From Gammaproteobacteria bacterium (GTDB lineage: Bacteria; Pseudomonadota; Gammaproteobacteria; Burkholderiales; SG8-41): a stretch of 64,000 nucleotides of DNA. The notes under the pieces were generated by a model. The model had not been told where the DNA came from and searched no databases. It saw only the letters and a program-made list of their open reading frames with translations. The position numbers and the translations under genes are program-made. Below are positions 53,292 to 63,267 of the stretch, piece by piece. Position 1 is the stretch's first letter. Every line of letters begins with the position of its first letter. The stretch is from assembly GCA_041483135.1 (NCBI GenBank), contig JBGPFE010000017.1, positions 5,546-69,545 on the forward strand. The letters run 5' to 3'.

Positions 53292-54419
53292 ATGACTTTA
53301 ACGGTTGAATCCCGGCCCATCCGTATTTACCGTCCCGACTACCACGTCCGGACGCCCGAGATGCGGTCGCCCGGGTATGTGCAGATGAGTACTGCGGCGG
53401 CGATCACGCTGGGGCTCGTGCCAGGCCGGATGCACCGCACCGCGTGCACGCATTGCCTGAACCTGCTGGTGACTTATCCCGAGGGCTGCCGCGCCAACTG
53501 CGCATATTGCGGCCTGGCGCGCCATCGCGAGGAGGCGCGCGATTATGCCGACCGCAATTTCATTCGTGTCGACTGGCCGACCGCGCGTTACGACGACGTG
53601 CTCGCGCGAGTCAGGGCCGGCGCCGACCAGGGCCAGTTCCAGCGCATGTGCATTTCGATGATTACGCACCCGAGCTCGAATGACGACACTTTTGTGCTGC
53701 TTGAGCGATGGGTGCGCGAGGTGCCGCAGGTGCCGGTGTCGATCCTGTCGAACCCGACCACGCTTGAGCGCGACGACCTCGCGCGTATGCATCGGATGGG
53801 CGCCGACATCTTCACGGTCGCGCTCGATGCGGTGACTCCAGAAATCTTCGAGCGCACGCGCGGCAAGGGCGTCGACAGCCCGCATAAATACGAAAAATAC
53901 TGGCAGGCGATCGCATGGGCGGCGGAGATCTTCGGGCCGGATAAATTCGGCGCCCACCTGATCTGCGGCATGGGCGAGACCGAGCGCGAGATCCTCGAGG
54001 TCGCGCAGAGAATCCGCGATCTGGGCGGCCACAACCACATGTTCGCGTTCTTTCCCGAGCGCGGCTCGCTGATGGAAGACTGGCCCGCGGCCGGCCGCGG
54101 GCAGTGGCGGCGCGTGCAGCTCGCGCGTTACATCATCGATTACGCCGGCGGCCACATGCGGGATATGTCGTTCGACGATGAGGGGCGCGTGATCGATTTC
54201 GGCGTGCCGGAACGCGAGCTCGCAGCCATCATTGATTCCGGCAAGCCATTCCGCACTTCGGGCTGTCCGGGTAAGGCTGACGACGTGTCGGCGTGCAACC
54301 GGCCGTACGGCGATTCGAGTCCGACCGATATCCTGTCGTTCCCGTTTGCGCTGGCGCGGCGCGATGTCGCGCGCGTCCGCCGCCAGCTTGCCGGCGCAGA
54401 TATAAAAGCAGGTTTGTAA
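53292..54419 (+). CDS. Radical-SAM protein, second LipS1/LipS2-type component
   Basis: CRANCAYCGL is a CX3CX2C motif. Trimmed to MTLTVESRPIRIY. Confidence 0.75.
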   Translation: MTLTVESRPIRIYRPDYHVRTPEMRSPGYVQMSTAAAITLGLVPGRMHRTACTHCLNLLVTYPEGCRANCAYCGLARHREEARDYADRNFIRVDWPTARYDDVLARVRAGADQGQFQRMCISMITHPSSNDDTFVLLERWVREVPQVPVSILSNPTTLERDDLARMHRMGADIFTVALDAVTPEIFERTRGKGVDSPHKYEKYWQAIAWAAEIFGPDKFGAHLICGMGETEREILEVAQRIRDLGGHNHMFAFFPERGSLMEDWPAAGRGQWRRVQLARYIIDYAGGHMRDMSFDDEGRVIDFGVPERELAAIIDSGKPFRTSGCPGKADDVSACNRPYGDSSPTDILSFPFALARRDVARVRRQLAGADIKAGL

Positions 54420-54500
54420 GCGCATATATGTGCAGATGAACATGGATTTACCGCGCATTGAAACCGGCGTAAATCGGCGTTCATCGGCGGTTTCGCTGTC

Positions 54501-54899
54501 ATGAAAGAAATCAAGCTTACGGATGTCGGCCAGCTCAAGAATGAGCTCGCGAAGTATAAAAAGGGCAAAAAGCTCGATATCCGGCTGTTCAATCAGGTCG
54601 CGCGCCTGGCGTGGCTCGGCAAGATCGTGTTGTCGCCGCTTGATCCCGGGAACCCGGAGTGCAAGGCGTATTTGCTCCACTTGCAGCCGCTCGAGGGCTT
54701 GCAGCGCGAGATCGTCACGCTCGACGAGGATCTCAACGGCATGCCGTTCGCCTCGCAAATTCATGTTCTCGACGCCGAGCAGGGCGACCGCCTTGCCGGG
54801 ATCTTCCGGGCCGGCATGCAGCACCGCGTGCGCGAGCTTGAGACGCTCAATGGGCGTGAGTTCTATCTCGAAAACTTTTTTGAGCCCGGCGAGCGCTAA
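54501..54899 (+). CDS. Hypothetical protein (132 aa)
   Basis: ORF with host-like codon usage directly after the lipoate-assembly genes. No motif recognised. Confidence 0.45.
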   Translation: MKEIKLTDVGQLKNELAKYKKGKKLDIRLFNQVARLAWLGKIVLSPLDPGNPECKAYLLHLQPLEGLQREIVTLDEDLNGMPFASQIHVLDAEQGDRLAGIFRAGMQHRVRELETLNGREFYLENFFEPGER

Positions 54900-54976
54900 G
54901 GCGGCGGAACAGCTGCGTCATTGCTGCAGCGACGGACAGAGGATCGCCGGCAGGCTCACGGCCGGCGTCGAATGCC

Positions 54977-55366
54977 ATGGCACACCCCTCCCTTGATTCG
55001 AGGCTGCAACGCCGCTGCATCGTGATGACCGACGATGCGGCGCTGCGCTCGCGGCTCGCGGCCGCGTTGCCGCCGGACTGGCGGCTGACGGCGACCGACG
55101 ACCTTGGCGCGCTCGGCGGATTCGCGGAGGTGCTCCAGCACCGCTTCATCGTGCTCGACCTCGACAGCCGGGCGTTCGACCCGCTGGATGTCATCCGTTC
55201 GGTTCGCAGCGAGCTGATGCTGAATGTGCCGATCTTTTGTTTTGGCGGCGCGCCCCCGGCGCGCGACGCGGCGCGGCTCGCGCGCGCGGACCGCTTTTTC
55301 GAGCGCGACGAGATAGTTGCGCGGCTCGGCGATTTTTGCGGGCAGTTCGGGTGGGGCGGAGGCTGA
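54977..55366 (+). CDS. Hypothetical protein, possibly a degenerate receiver (CheY-like) domain
   Basis: CIVMTDD...RFIVLDLD...VPIFCFGG resembles the beta1/beta3/beta4 strands of a receiver domain. Competing antisense ORFs exist, so coding status is uncertain. Confidence 0.35.
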   Translation: MAHPSLDSRLQRRCIVMTDDAALRSRLAAALPPDWRLTATDDLGALGGFAEVLQHRFIVLDLDSRAFDPLDVIRSVRSELMLNVPIFCFGGAPPARDAARLARADRFFERDEIVARLGDFCGQFGWGGG

Positions 55367-55403
55367 ATTGCGCCGCCTGCTGCGGGCGGGCTGACGCGGG
55401 CGA

Positions 55404-56651
55404 CTATTCCTGGATGATGCCGAGCCGGATGTAAATCGGGCGTATATTGGCGCGCAGCCGCGGCAGTTGGCGCCACAGAACGATACCGCCGATGACGCAG
55501 CATGCGCCACCGACAAACAGCGTGTGCTCCGCGCCGATCGCGGCGGCGAGCGCACCCGCGGCAAGGCTGCCAACAGGTGAGACACCAAGGAATGCGACGG
55601 TGAACAGGCTCATGATGCGGCCGCGCATCTCATCGTCGACGATGGTTTGGAAGATGGTGCTGATCGCTTGAACGGCCATGATGATGCCGAGTCCGGTGAG
55701 CGCAATCATCACCATCGACAGCCAGAGCAGCTGCGAGTAGGCGAACAGCATCAGCGTAGCGCCGGTCAGCAGCATTCCGCCCAGCACCAGGCGCGTGAGT
55801 CCCCGCACTTCGCGGCGCGATGCGAGATAGACCGGCGCGAGCACGCTGCCGAATCCCGCGGCGCCCATCAGGAACCCGAGCGTGTGCGCGCCGCCACCGA
55901 AGATTTCCTTGGCGAAAATCGGCAGCAGCGTCTGGTACGGCGTTGCCATGAAACTGATCAACGCCATCATCGGCAGCAGCAGGCGGATCGGCACCAGGTC
56001 CCAAGCGTAGCGGATGCCCTCGGCGAGCCCGCGCAAGAGGGATGCTTTGCCCGGTGTCCGCACGTTCGGGGCGACGTTCATCTGCACGATCGCGATGATG
56101 ACGGCGATCTTGCTGACCCCGTTCACGAGAAAGCAGAACGCCTCGCTGAAATAAACCAGCAACATGCCGGCGATGGTGGGACCGATCATGCGCCCCGTGT
56201 TCTGCATGAAGCCGTTGAAAGCGATTGCCGCGGGCAGGTCCTCCTTCGATGGCACCATCTGCGGCACGAAGGTCTGGCGCAGCGGCGTGTCGAACGCCAT
56301 GATTACGCCGAGTGCTGCTGCCATCGCGATGATGTGCCAGACCTGGATCAATCCGGTATAGGTGAGCAGCGCAAGCGCGAGCGCCTGCGCCATCGCCAGC
56401 GCTTGCGTCGCCATCAGCAGCTTGCGGCGGTCGTAGCGGTCGGCCCAGATGCCGCCGAGCGGCGCCAGCAGCAGGATCGGGATTTGTCCCGCGAACGCGG
56501 CGAGGCCGAGCAGGAAGGCGGAGCCCGTCATGCGGTAAACCAGCCAGGCCATCGCGATTTGCTGTATCCAGGTCCCGATCAGCGACAGCGACTGGCCGTA
56601 GAAAAATAGCCGGAAATTGCGGTGCCGGAAGGCGCGCAGCGTATGTATCAC
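55404..56651 (-). CDS. MFS transporter (EntS/MFS_3-like)
   Basis: About 12 predicted TM segments. N-terminal FRHRNFRLFFYGQSLSLIGTW and GGIWADRYDRRKL are typical of this MFS subfamily. Confidence 0.85.
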   Translation of the reverse strand: MIHTLRAFRHRNFRLFFYGQSLSLIGTWIQQIAMAWLVYRMTGSAFLLGLAAFAGQIPILLLAPLGGIWADRYDRRKLLMATQALAMAQALALALLTYTGLIQVWHIIAMAAALGVIMAFDTPLRQTFVPQMVPSKEDLPAAIAFNGFMQNTGRMIGPTIAGMLLVYFSEAFCFLVNGVSKIAVIIAIVQMNVAPNVRTPGKASLLRGLAEGIRYAWDLVPIRLLLPMMALISFMATPYQTLLPIFAKEIFGGGAHTLGFLMGAAGFGSVLAPVYLASRREVRGLTRLVLGGMLLTGATLMLFAYSQLLWLSMVMIALTGLGIIMAVQAISTIFQTIVDDEMRGRIMSLFTVAFLGVSPVGSLAAGALAAAIGAEHTLFVGGACCVIGGIVLWRQLPRLRANIRPIYIRLGIIQE

Positions 56652-56658
56652 CGCACGC

Positions 56659-59550
56659 TCACCCGATTTTGGCGAGTTGTGCGCGCAGTTTGTCGAGTGT
56701 CGCCCGGAACCGGGCGAGACGGCTACGCTCCTGCTCGACGACCTGGCCCGGCGCGCGCTCGACGAAGCTCGGATTGGCGAGCTTGGCCTCGGCTTTCGCG
56801 ATCTCGCCTTCGAGGCGCTCCTGCTCCTTGCCGAGCCGCCTGCGCTCCGCTGCGGCGTCGATCTCGATTCTCAGCATCAAACGGTAGTCGCCGGCGATCG
56901 ACACCGGCGCATCCGCCTGCGGCAGCTCGCCGTCGACTATCGTGACTTCCGACAGCCGTGCGAGAGGCATCAGATAGGGCGTGAACACGGCCAGCGTCGC
57001 GTGATCGCCGTGCGCGAGCAGCGGCACTTTCTGCTGCGGCCCGAGGTTCATTTCGCCGCGTAGCGTGCGGCACGCGTTGGTAAGCTGCTTTAGCAGCGCG
57101 ACGTGCTTTTCAGCGGCCTCATCGATTTTTTCCGGTTGCGACCTCGGGTAGGACGCAAGCATGATCGAATCACCAATCTTGCCGGCGAGCGGCGCGACCG
57201 TTTGCCACAGCTCCTCGGTGATGAACGGAATGATCGGATGCGCCAGGCGCAGCGTCGCTTCGAGCACGCGCACGAGCGTGCGGCGCGTCGCACGTTGTTG
57301 CGCCTCGCCCCCGCTGGCGAGCTGCACTTTGGCGAGCTCGACGTACCAATCGCAGTACTCATCCCACACGAATTCATAGACCGCACGCGCAGCGTTGTCG
57401 AAACGGTATTCTGCGAAGCTTTTTTCGACCTCAACCTCGGCGCGTTGCAGCCGGCTGACGATCCATTGGTCGACGAAGGACGGTTCGACCGGTAACGACT
57501 CGTCGAGTCCGGTGTCCTTGCCGTCGCAATTCATCAGCACGAAGCGCGCCGCGTTCCACAGCTTGTTGCAGAAATTGCGGTAGCCTTCGCAGCGGTTCAA
57601 GTCGAAGTTAAGCGTGCGCGCGAAGCTCGCGAGCGAGGCGAAGGTAAAGCGCAGCGCGTCCGCCCCGAACGCCGGAATGCCGCCCGGGTAATTCTTGCGC
57701 ACGTATTTCTCGATCTTGTCTTTGTGTTCTGCGCGCAACAGGCCGACCGTCGATTTTGCAAGGAGATCATCGAGCGAGATGCCGTCGATCAGGTCGAGGG
57801 GATCGAGCGTGTTGCCTTTGGACTTCGACATCTTCTCGCCCTCGGCGTCGCGCACCAGGGCGTTGATGTACACGTGATGGAAAGGCACCTTGCCGGTGAA
57901 GTGTAGGCTTGCCATGATCATGCGCGCGACCCAGAAGAAGATGATGTCGAAGCCGGTCACCAGCACCGACGACGGCAGGAAGGTCTCGAGGTCTTTGGTC
58001 TGCTCCGGCCAGCCGAGCGAGGTGAACGGCACCAGCGCGGACGAGAACCACGTATCGAGCACGTCGTCGTCGCGCTTCAGCGCGCCGGTATAGCCTTTGG
58101 CGGCGGCCTGCCGCTTCGCCTCTTCCTCGCTGCGCGCAACGTAAATGTTGCCCGCGCCATCGTACCACGCCGGGATCTGATGGCCCCACCACAGCTGGCG
58201 CGAGATGCACCAGTCCTGAATGTTTTCGAGCCATTGGTTGTAGGTCGCGGTCCAGTGCTCAGGAAAGAATTTCACCCGGCCATCGGCAACCGCTTCGAGG
58301 CCCGCTTTGGCCAGACCGTCCATTTTCACGAACCACTGGTCGGTCAGCATCGGCTCGACGATCGCACCGGTGCGGCTAGAGCGCGGCACCCTCAGCTTGT
58401 ACGGTTTCTCCGAGACCAGCAGTCCTTGCTCTTGCAGGTCCGCAACTATGCGCTTGCGTGCTTCGAAGCGGTCAAGTCCCCAGTAATCTTTTGGGATGCC
58501 TATGTCTATTGCACGCGGCTGAGTTCCTCTTGGGCCAATCAGTCCCCCAGGTTCCCTCGGGGCTACGTACTTTTCCCATTGGGCGCCCGCAGCCGGTATC
58601 GAGTTGTCGATAATTTTGGCGTCCAATGTAAAGATTGAAAAGGCCGCCCGCAGCTTATCGCGGTGTCGTTCCCAAACCTTATAGTCGTTGAAGTCATGAG
58701 CCGGCGTGATCTTGACGCAGCCGGTGCCGAACTCGCGGTCGACGTAGCTGTCGGCGATGACCGGGATGGTGCGGCCGGTGAGCGGTAGTTCGACCTGAGC
58801 GCCGACCAGGTGCTGGTAGCGCCAGTCCTCGGGATTGACCGCTACGGCGACGTCGCCGAGCATGGTTTCGGGGCGCGTGGTCGCAACCGTGATTGCGCCC
58901 GCGCCGCCCGCCACCGGGTAGCGGATTTCCCAGATCTTGCCGTCTTCTTCCTCGCTGTCGACTTCGAGGTCGGACACCGCGGTGCCGAGCTCCGGGTCCC
59001 AGTTGACGAGCCGCTTGCCGCGGTAGATCAGGCCTTCTTCGTGCAGCCGCACGAACACTTCGACGACGGCGCGCGACATTTTCGCGTCCATCGTGAAGTA
59101 ACCGCTGTGCTGGCCCTCGGTGTCCGCATAATCCCAGTTGCCCGACGCACCGAGCCGCCGCATCTGGCGCGTAATGGTCGAGCCGGACTGCTCTTTCCAT
59201 TCCCACACGCGCTTGACGAACGCGTCGCGCCCGAGGTCGTGCCGCGTCTTGCCCACGGTCTCGAGCTGGCGTTCGACCACGATCTGGGTCGCGATGCCGG
59301 CGTGATCGGTGCCGATCACCCAGTTCACGTTTTCGCCGCGCATGCGGTGGTAACGGATCAGCGCGTCCATCAGCGTCTGCTGGAACGCGTGCCCCATGTG
59401 CAGCGTGCCGGTAACGTTGGGCGGCGGCAGCTGGATGCAGTAGGCGGGTTGTACCGGATCGCCGGAGTGGATGAAGTAGCCGCGCTGTTCCCATTCGGGA
59501 TACCAGCGGCTTTCTATGGCATGGGGTTCGAAGCTCTTGGCGAGTTCCAT
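56659..59550 (-). CDS. valS: Valine-tRNA ligase (canonical-length core; the ORF continues in frame upstream to 60174)
   Basis: Canonical N-terminus [30 protein letters not shown] (HIGH-type) motif, KMSKS. 963 codons from ATG 59550. Confidence 0.9.
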   Translation of the reverse strand: MELAKSFEPHAIESRWYPEWEQRGYFIHSGDPVQPAYCIQLPPPNVTGTLHMGHAFQQTLMDALIRYHRMRGENVNWVIGTDHAGIATQIVVERQLETVGKTRHDLGRDAFVKRVWEWKEQSGSTITRQMRRLGASGNWDYADTEGQHSGYFTMDAKMSRAVVEVFVRLHEEGLIYRGKRLVNWDPELGTAVSDLEVDSEEEDGKIWEIRYPVAGGAGAITVATTRPETMLGDVAVAVNPEDWRYQHLVGAQVELPLTGRTIPVIADSYVDREFGTGCVKITPAHDFNDYKVWERHRDKLRAAFSIFTLDAKIIDNSIPAAGAQWEKYVAPREPGGLIGPRGTQPRAIDIGIPKDYWGLDRFEARKRIVADLQEQGLLVSEKPYKLRVPRSSRTGAIVEPMLTDQWFVKMDGLAKAGLEAVADGRVKFFPEHWTATYNQWLENIQDWCISRQLWWGHQIPAWYDGAGNIYVARSEEEAKRQAAAKGYTGALKRDDDVLDTWFSSALVPFTSLGWPEQTKDLETFLPSSVLVTGFDIIFFWVARMIMASLHFTGKVPFHHVYINALVRDAEGEKMSKSKGNTLDPLDLIDGISLDDLLAKSTVGLLRAEHKDKIEKYVRKNYPGGIPAFGADALRFTFASLASFARTLNFDLNRCEGYRNFCNKLWNAARFVLMNCDGKDTGLDESLPVEPSFVDQWIVSRLQRAEVEVEKSFAEYRFDNAARAVYEFVWDEYCDWYVELAKVQLASGGEAQQRATRRTLVRVLEATLRLAHPIIPFITEELWQTVAPLAGKIGDSIMLASYPRSQPEKIDEAAEKHVALLKQLTNACRTLRGEMNLGPQQKVPLLAHGDHATLAVFTPYLMPLARLSEVTIVDGELPQADAPVSIAGDYRLMLRIEIDAAAERRRLGKEQERLEGEIAKAEAKLANPSFVERAPGQVVEQERSRLARFRATLDKLRAQLAKIG

Positions 59551-60174
59551 ATTTGCTGCGGGCGGCGCGGAAAAACCGGGCATTATACCGGAGCCCACTG
59601 TCGCATCAGCCGCTTTGCCGGGCTGCGTTTCGACGGTGAGGCGCAGGTTTTTGAGCTGGGTCTGCAGCGTCTCTTCGAGCGAGGCCCGCACCATGGCGTT
59701 GATGTTCGCTTTGAGATCGGCGCCGACCTTGTGCAGCATCTGATCGAGCGCGCCGGCCACGTCGGGCATGAGGCGGTTTTGCAGCGCCACCGCGATCTGG
59801 CTGTCGAGATCCTGCTTGAGTTTCTGGTAAACACTGTGCTCGAGGGTCTGTGCCTGTGTGCGCGAGGGGGCCTCTGCGCTCGGCGCTGCCGCCGCCGTCG
59901 GCGCCTGATCGGCGGACGGTTTTGCTTCAGCAACTGCGGCAGCCACCGACGCGGACGTGACCGGCTGCGCAGTCGCAGGGTCGGCAACGATGTCGGTCAG
60001 CGTCGGGATCGCGCTCGGATCGGCACCGCCGGCAACCGCCTCGGTCAGAGTCGGGATCGCGTTCGGGTCGGCGGCCGGTCTTGCAGTGCTACGGTGCTTG
60101 CTGAGCAGTGCATCGGCGCGGCCGAGCACATCCTCATCGTCCGACCAGTTGTTATTGCCTGCGGTGGCCATCAA
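59551..60174 (-). other. In-frame 208-codon extension upstream of valS (fused or unterminated small gene, or a true N-terminal extension)
   Basis: No stop codon between the TTG/ATG at 60174/60171 and the canonical valS start. Encodes an acidic/Ala-Pro-rich region with duplicated AIPTLT(E/D) motifs and then a helical segment. Begins 12 bp after the holC stop. Confidence 0.5.
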
Positions 60175-60186
60175 CGGCGCCGCATG

Positions 60187-60615
60187 CTACTGCGCGGCCT
60201 TGCTCAGATCGTGGTTCTGGATTTCGTAGCCGCGGTCGCGGTAGAACTTGTAGCGCTCGCGTGCCCGCCGCCGGTCTTCCTCGTCGAGGCTGACGATTTC
60301 GATCAGGCGCTGGAAACGGCTGAAAAACGGCGGCCATTCGTCGCGCAGGTTGAGCAGCACCTCGTCGTGCAGCAGATTGGCTCCGTCGTGATCGACGATC
60401 ACCGGCGTGACCGCGGCGAGCCGGTCAGAAGGTGCGCAGTGCGGAATAAAGCCGATCGCCGGCGTGGCCCACAGCAGGCGGCTGAATTTCTGGCTCGCTT
60501 CGGGACCGGGGCAGAACGCGAGCACGCGCAAGCCGCGCGAGAATGCCTTGGCGCTCAACGCGCACGCAGTGTGCAGTTTATTCTCGACGTGAAAATAAAA
60601 GTCGATCTGGGTCAT
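60187..60615 (-). CDS. holC: DNA polymerase III chi subunit
   Basis: MTQIDFYFHV.., 142 aa, in the conserved pepA-holC-valS position. Confidence 0.85.
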   Translation of the reverse strand: MTQIDFYFHVENKLHTACALSAKAFSRGLRVLAFCPGPEASQKFSRLLWATPAIGFIPHCAPSDRLAAVTPVIVDHDGANLLHDEVLLNLRDEWPPFFSRFQRLIEIVSLDEEDRRRARERYKFYRDRGYEIQNHDLSKAAQ

Positions 60616-62105
60616 TTCATGCCAGCGCGATTGATCAGGAATTGGGCCAACAGCGGCACCGGCCGGCCGGTTGCGCCTTTATCCTTGCCCGACTTCCATG
60701 CCGTGCCCGCGATGTCGAGGTGCGCCCATTTGAATTTTTTAGTGAAGCGCGCGAGGTAGCACGCTGCGGTGACGGCTCCCGCCGGACGCCCGCCGATGTT
60801 CGCGAAATCGGCGAAGTTGCTCTTGAGCTGTTCCTGGTAATCGTCGTAGAGCGGCAGTTGCCACACGCGATCGTATGCCGTGTCACCCGCGGCGAGCAGT
60901 TCCTTGGCAAGCGCGTCGTCGTTCGTGAACATGCCGCTCACGACGTGTCCGAGCGCGATCACGCACGCGCCGGTCAGCGTCGCGATATCGATCACCGTCT
61001 GCGGCTTGAAGCGTTCCGCGTAGCTCAGCGCATCGCACAGGATCAGCCGCCCCTCGGCGTCGGTATTGAGGATTTCGACGGTCTGGCCCGACATCGTGGT
61101 GACGATGTCGCCGGGTTTGGTGGCGGAGCCGCCCGGCATGTTCTCGGTGGTCGGGATGATGCCGACGATGTTGAGCGGCAGCTTCATTTCGGCGGCCGCC
61201 TTCAAGGTGCCGAGGACGCTCGCTGCGCCGCACATGTCGAATTTCATCTCGTCCATTTCGGGAGCCGGCTTCAAGGAAATGCCGCCGGTATCGAAGGTGA
61301 CGCCCTTGCCGACCAGTACCACCGGCTTGCGGTCTTTCGCGCCGGCGCGGTACTCGAGCGTAATCAGCTTCGGCGGCTCGCGGCTTCCGCGCGCGACCGA
61401 CAGCAACGCGCCCATGCCGAGCTTTTCCATGTCGCTGCGCTCGAGCACCTGTACTTTCATGCGGTAATGCCTCGCGAGTTCACGCGCCTGCCCCGCGAGA
61501 TAGGCCGGGGTGCAGACGTTGGCGGGCAGGTTGCCGAGATCCTTGGCGAGGCTCATGCCGTGCGCGACGGCGAGCCCCCGTTCCAGACCCAAACCGGCGC
61601 GCCGCAGCGCCGATTTGTCGCCGACACCGAGCGTGAGCCTGCGCAGCGCGGGCTGCGCGTCATCGTGCCGGCTTTTCATGCGGTCGAAACGGTAGCCGGC
61701 TTCGCGCGCCACCGTGACTGCTTGCGCGACCCGCCAGGCGATGTCGCGCTTCACCGCGCCGATTTCGGTCAGATGCAGCGTGGCTTCCACGGCGCCGGTC
61801 GCGTTCAACGTCCGGAGCGCCGCAGCCACCGCCTCGCGGTACTGCTTGTCACGGAAATCGGCCTCGCGGCCGAGACCCACCAGCAGCACGCGCTCGGAAG
61901 CGACGTTGGGCACACCGTGCAGCAACAGCGTGGATCCAAGCTTGCCCTGCATGTCACCGCCTTTGAGGATGCCGGTGAGGTAGCCCTTGGCGGCGCGATC
62001 GAGCGCCGTACCCGCCGCGCTCAACTTGCGCGGCTCGAATACGCCGATCACGCTGCAGCCGCCGCCGGCCCGCTCCGGGCCGCCGCTTTTTATGCTAAAT
62101 TCCAC
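60612..62105 (-). CDS. pepA: Leucyl aminopeptidase (M17)
   Basis: VGKGVTFDTGGISLKP, NTDAEGRLILCDAL, ATLTGA. Confidence 0.95.
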   Translation of the reverse strand: MEFSIKSGGPERAGGGCSVIGVFEPRKLSAAGTALDRAAKGYLTGILKGGDMQGKLGSTLLLHGVPNVASERVLLVGLGREADFRDKQYREAVAAALRTLNATGAVEATLHLTEIGAVKRDIAWRVAQAVTVAREAGYRFDRMKSRHDDAQPALRRLTLGVGDKSALRRAGLGLERGLAVAHGMSLAKDLGNLPANVCTPAYLAGQARELARHYRMKVQVLERSDMEKLGMGALLSVARGSREPPKLITLEYRAGAKDRKPVVLVGKGVTFDTGGISLKPAPEMDEMKFDMCGAASVLGTLKAAAEMKLPLNIVGIIPTTENMPGGSATKPGDIVTTMSGQTVEILNTDAEGRLILCDALSYAERFKPQTVIDIATLTGACVIALGHVVSGMFTNDDALAKELLAAGDTAYDRVWQLPLYDDYQEQLKSNFADFANIGGRPAGAVTAACYLARFTKKFKWAHLDIAGTAWKSGKDKGATGRPVPLLAQFLINRAGMK

Positions 62106-62184
62106 AACGCTCTCCTGAACGGTGATGGTTGCCAGAAACCACTGATTATCTTCGCTATCCCGGCAAAAATCAAAGCGCGTCCGA

Positions 62185-63267
62185 GTGAAAATTTTTCATA
62201 ATTCGTTGGTGCGTGAATGCGCCGGCACGGCGATGGCGACATTGGTCGTGCTGCTCGGGATCACGGTGGCGACCCAACTGGTGCGCTTTCTCGGCCTTGC
62301 CGCCGGCGGTTCCATCACTTTCACCGGCGTCTTCGCGCTGCTCGCTTTCACTTCCTTCAATTATCTGCCGGTGCTGCTGTCGCTGACGCTGTTCATCGCT
62401 GTGTTGATGACGCTCTCGCGCAGTTACCGCGATTCGGAAATGATTGTCTGGTTCAGCTCCGGCGTGAGCCTGACCGGCTGGATCCGGCCGGTGCTGTCGT
62501 TTGCCGTGCCGATCGTAATTCTGATCGCGTTGTTGAGCCTGTTGGTGTCGCCGTGGGCGATCACCAAGAGCGAGGAATTCCGGAGCTATATGGACAACCG
62601 CGACGATGTGTCGCAGGTGACGCCTGGCGTGTTCCGCGAGTCGAAGCAGAACGAGCGTATGTTTTTCGTCGAGCACGTGAACGAGGGCGAAAACATGGTC
62701 GCCAACGTTTTCGTGAGTTCGACCCAACACCAGAAAACCGGAGTGATGGTGGCAAACCGCGGGTTCCTGCAAATCGTCGACAACGGAGATCGTTTCCTGG
62801 TGCTGCTGAATGGCCGGCGTTACGAAGGCATACCCGGTACGACCGAATACAAGATCAGCGAGTTCGAGCGCTATGCGATGCGCATTGACGCGCGTGAAGC
62901 CAAGGCGTCGACGCCATCCGCGAAATCGCTGCCGACGCTGGCGCTGCTGCGCGATCCCAACCCTCTCAATCTGGGCGAGCTGGCGTGGCGCATCGGCTTG
63001 CCGTTGTCCGCCCTGATCCTGGCGTTGCTCGCCATCCCGCTGTCTTTCGTCAACCCGCGCGCCGGCCGTTCGCTGAATCTGGTGATGGCGATCCTGGTCT
63101 ACATGATCTACAACAACGTGCTCAGCATCGCGCAGGCCTGGATCGCCCAGCAGCGCATCGGTCTGCCGGCCGGTCTGCTGGGCGTGCATGCGGTGATGCT
63201 GGGGCTGCTGCTCGCGCTTTTTTTCCGGCGCCTGACGCTGTTCTCGATCTTCCGGTACCTCAAATGA
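62185..63267 (+). CDS. lptF: LPS export ABC permease LptF
   Basis: YjgP/YjgQ-type 6-TM permease, divergent from pepA, followed by lptG with an ATGA overlap. Confidence 0.85.
   Translation: MKIFHNSLVRECAGTAMATLVVLLGITVATQLVRFLGLAAGGSITFTGVFALLAFTSFNYLPVLLSLTLFIAVLMTLSRSYRDSEMIVWFSSGVSLTGWIRPVLSFAVPIVILIALLSLLVSPWAITKSEEFRSYMDNRDDVSQVTPGVFRESKQNERMFFVEHVNEGENMVANVFVSSTQHQKTGVMVANRGFLQIVDNGDRFLVLLNGRRYEGIPGTTEYKISEFERYAMRIDAREAKASTPSAKSLPTLALLRDPNPLNLGELAWRIGLPLSALILALLAIPLSFVNPRAGRSLNLVMAILVYMIYNNVLSIAQAWIAQQRIGLPAGLLGVHAVMLGLLLALFFRRLTLFSIFRYLK

Noticed and set aside
53298-54824. 508-aa minus-strand ORF opposite the second radical-SAM gene
   Set aside because: The plus-strand frame has the CX3CX2C motif and operon context. 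The minus-strand frame is Arg/His-rich shadow sequence.
58810-60759. 649-aa plus-strand ORF across valS, holC and the pepA 3' end
   Set aside because: It is antisense to three conserved housekeeping genes and is a shadow ORF.
60543-62201. 552-aa plus-strand ORF opposite pepA
   Set aside because: The minus-strand frame encodes a textbook M17 aminopeptidase (NTDAEGRL). The plus-strand frame has no motifs.
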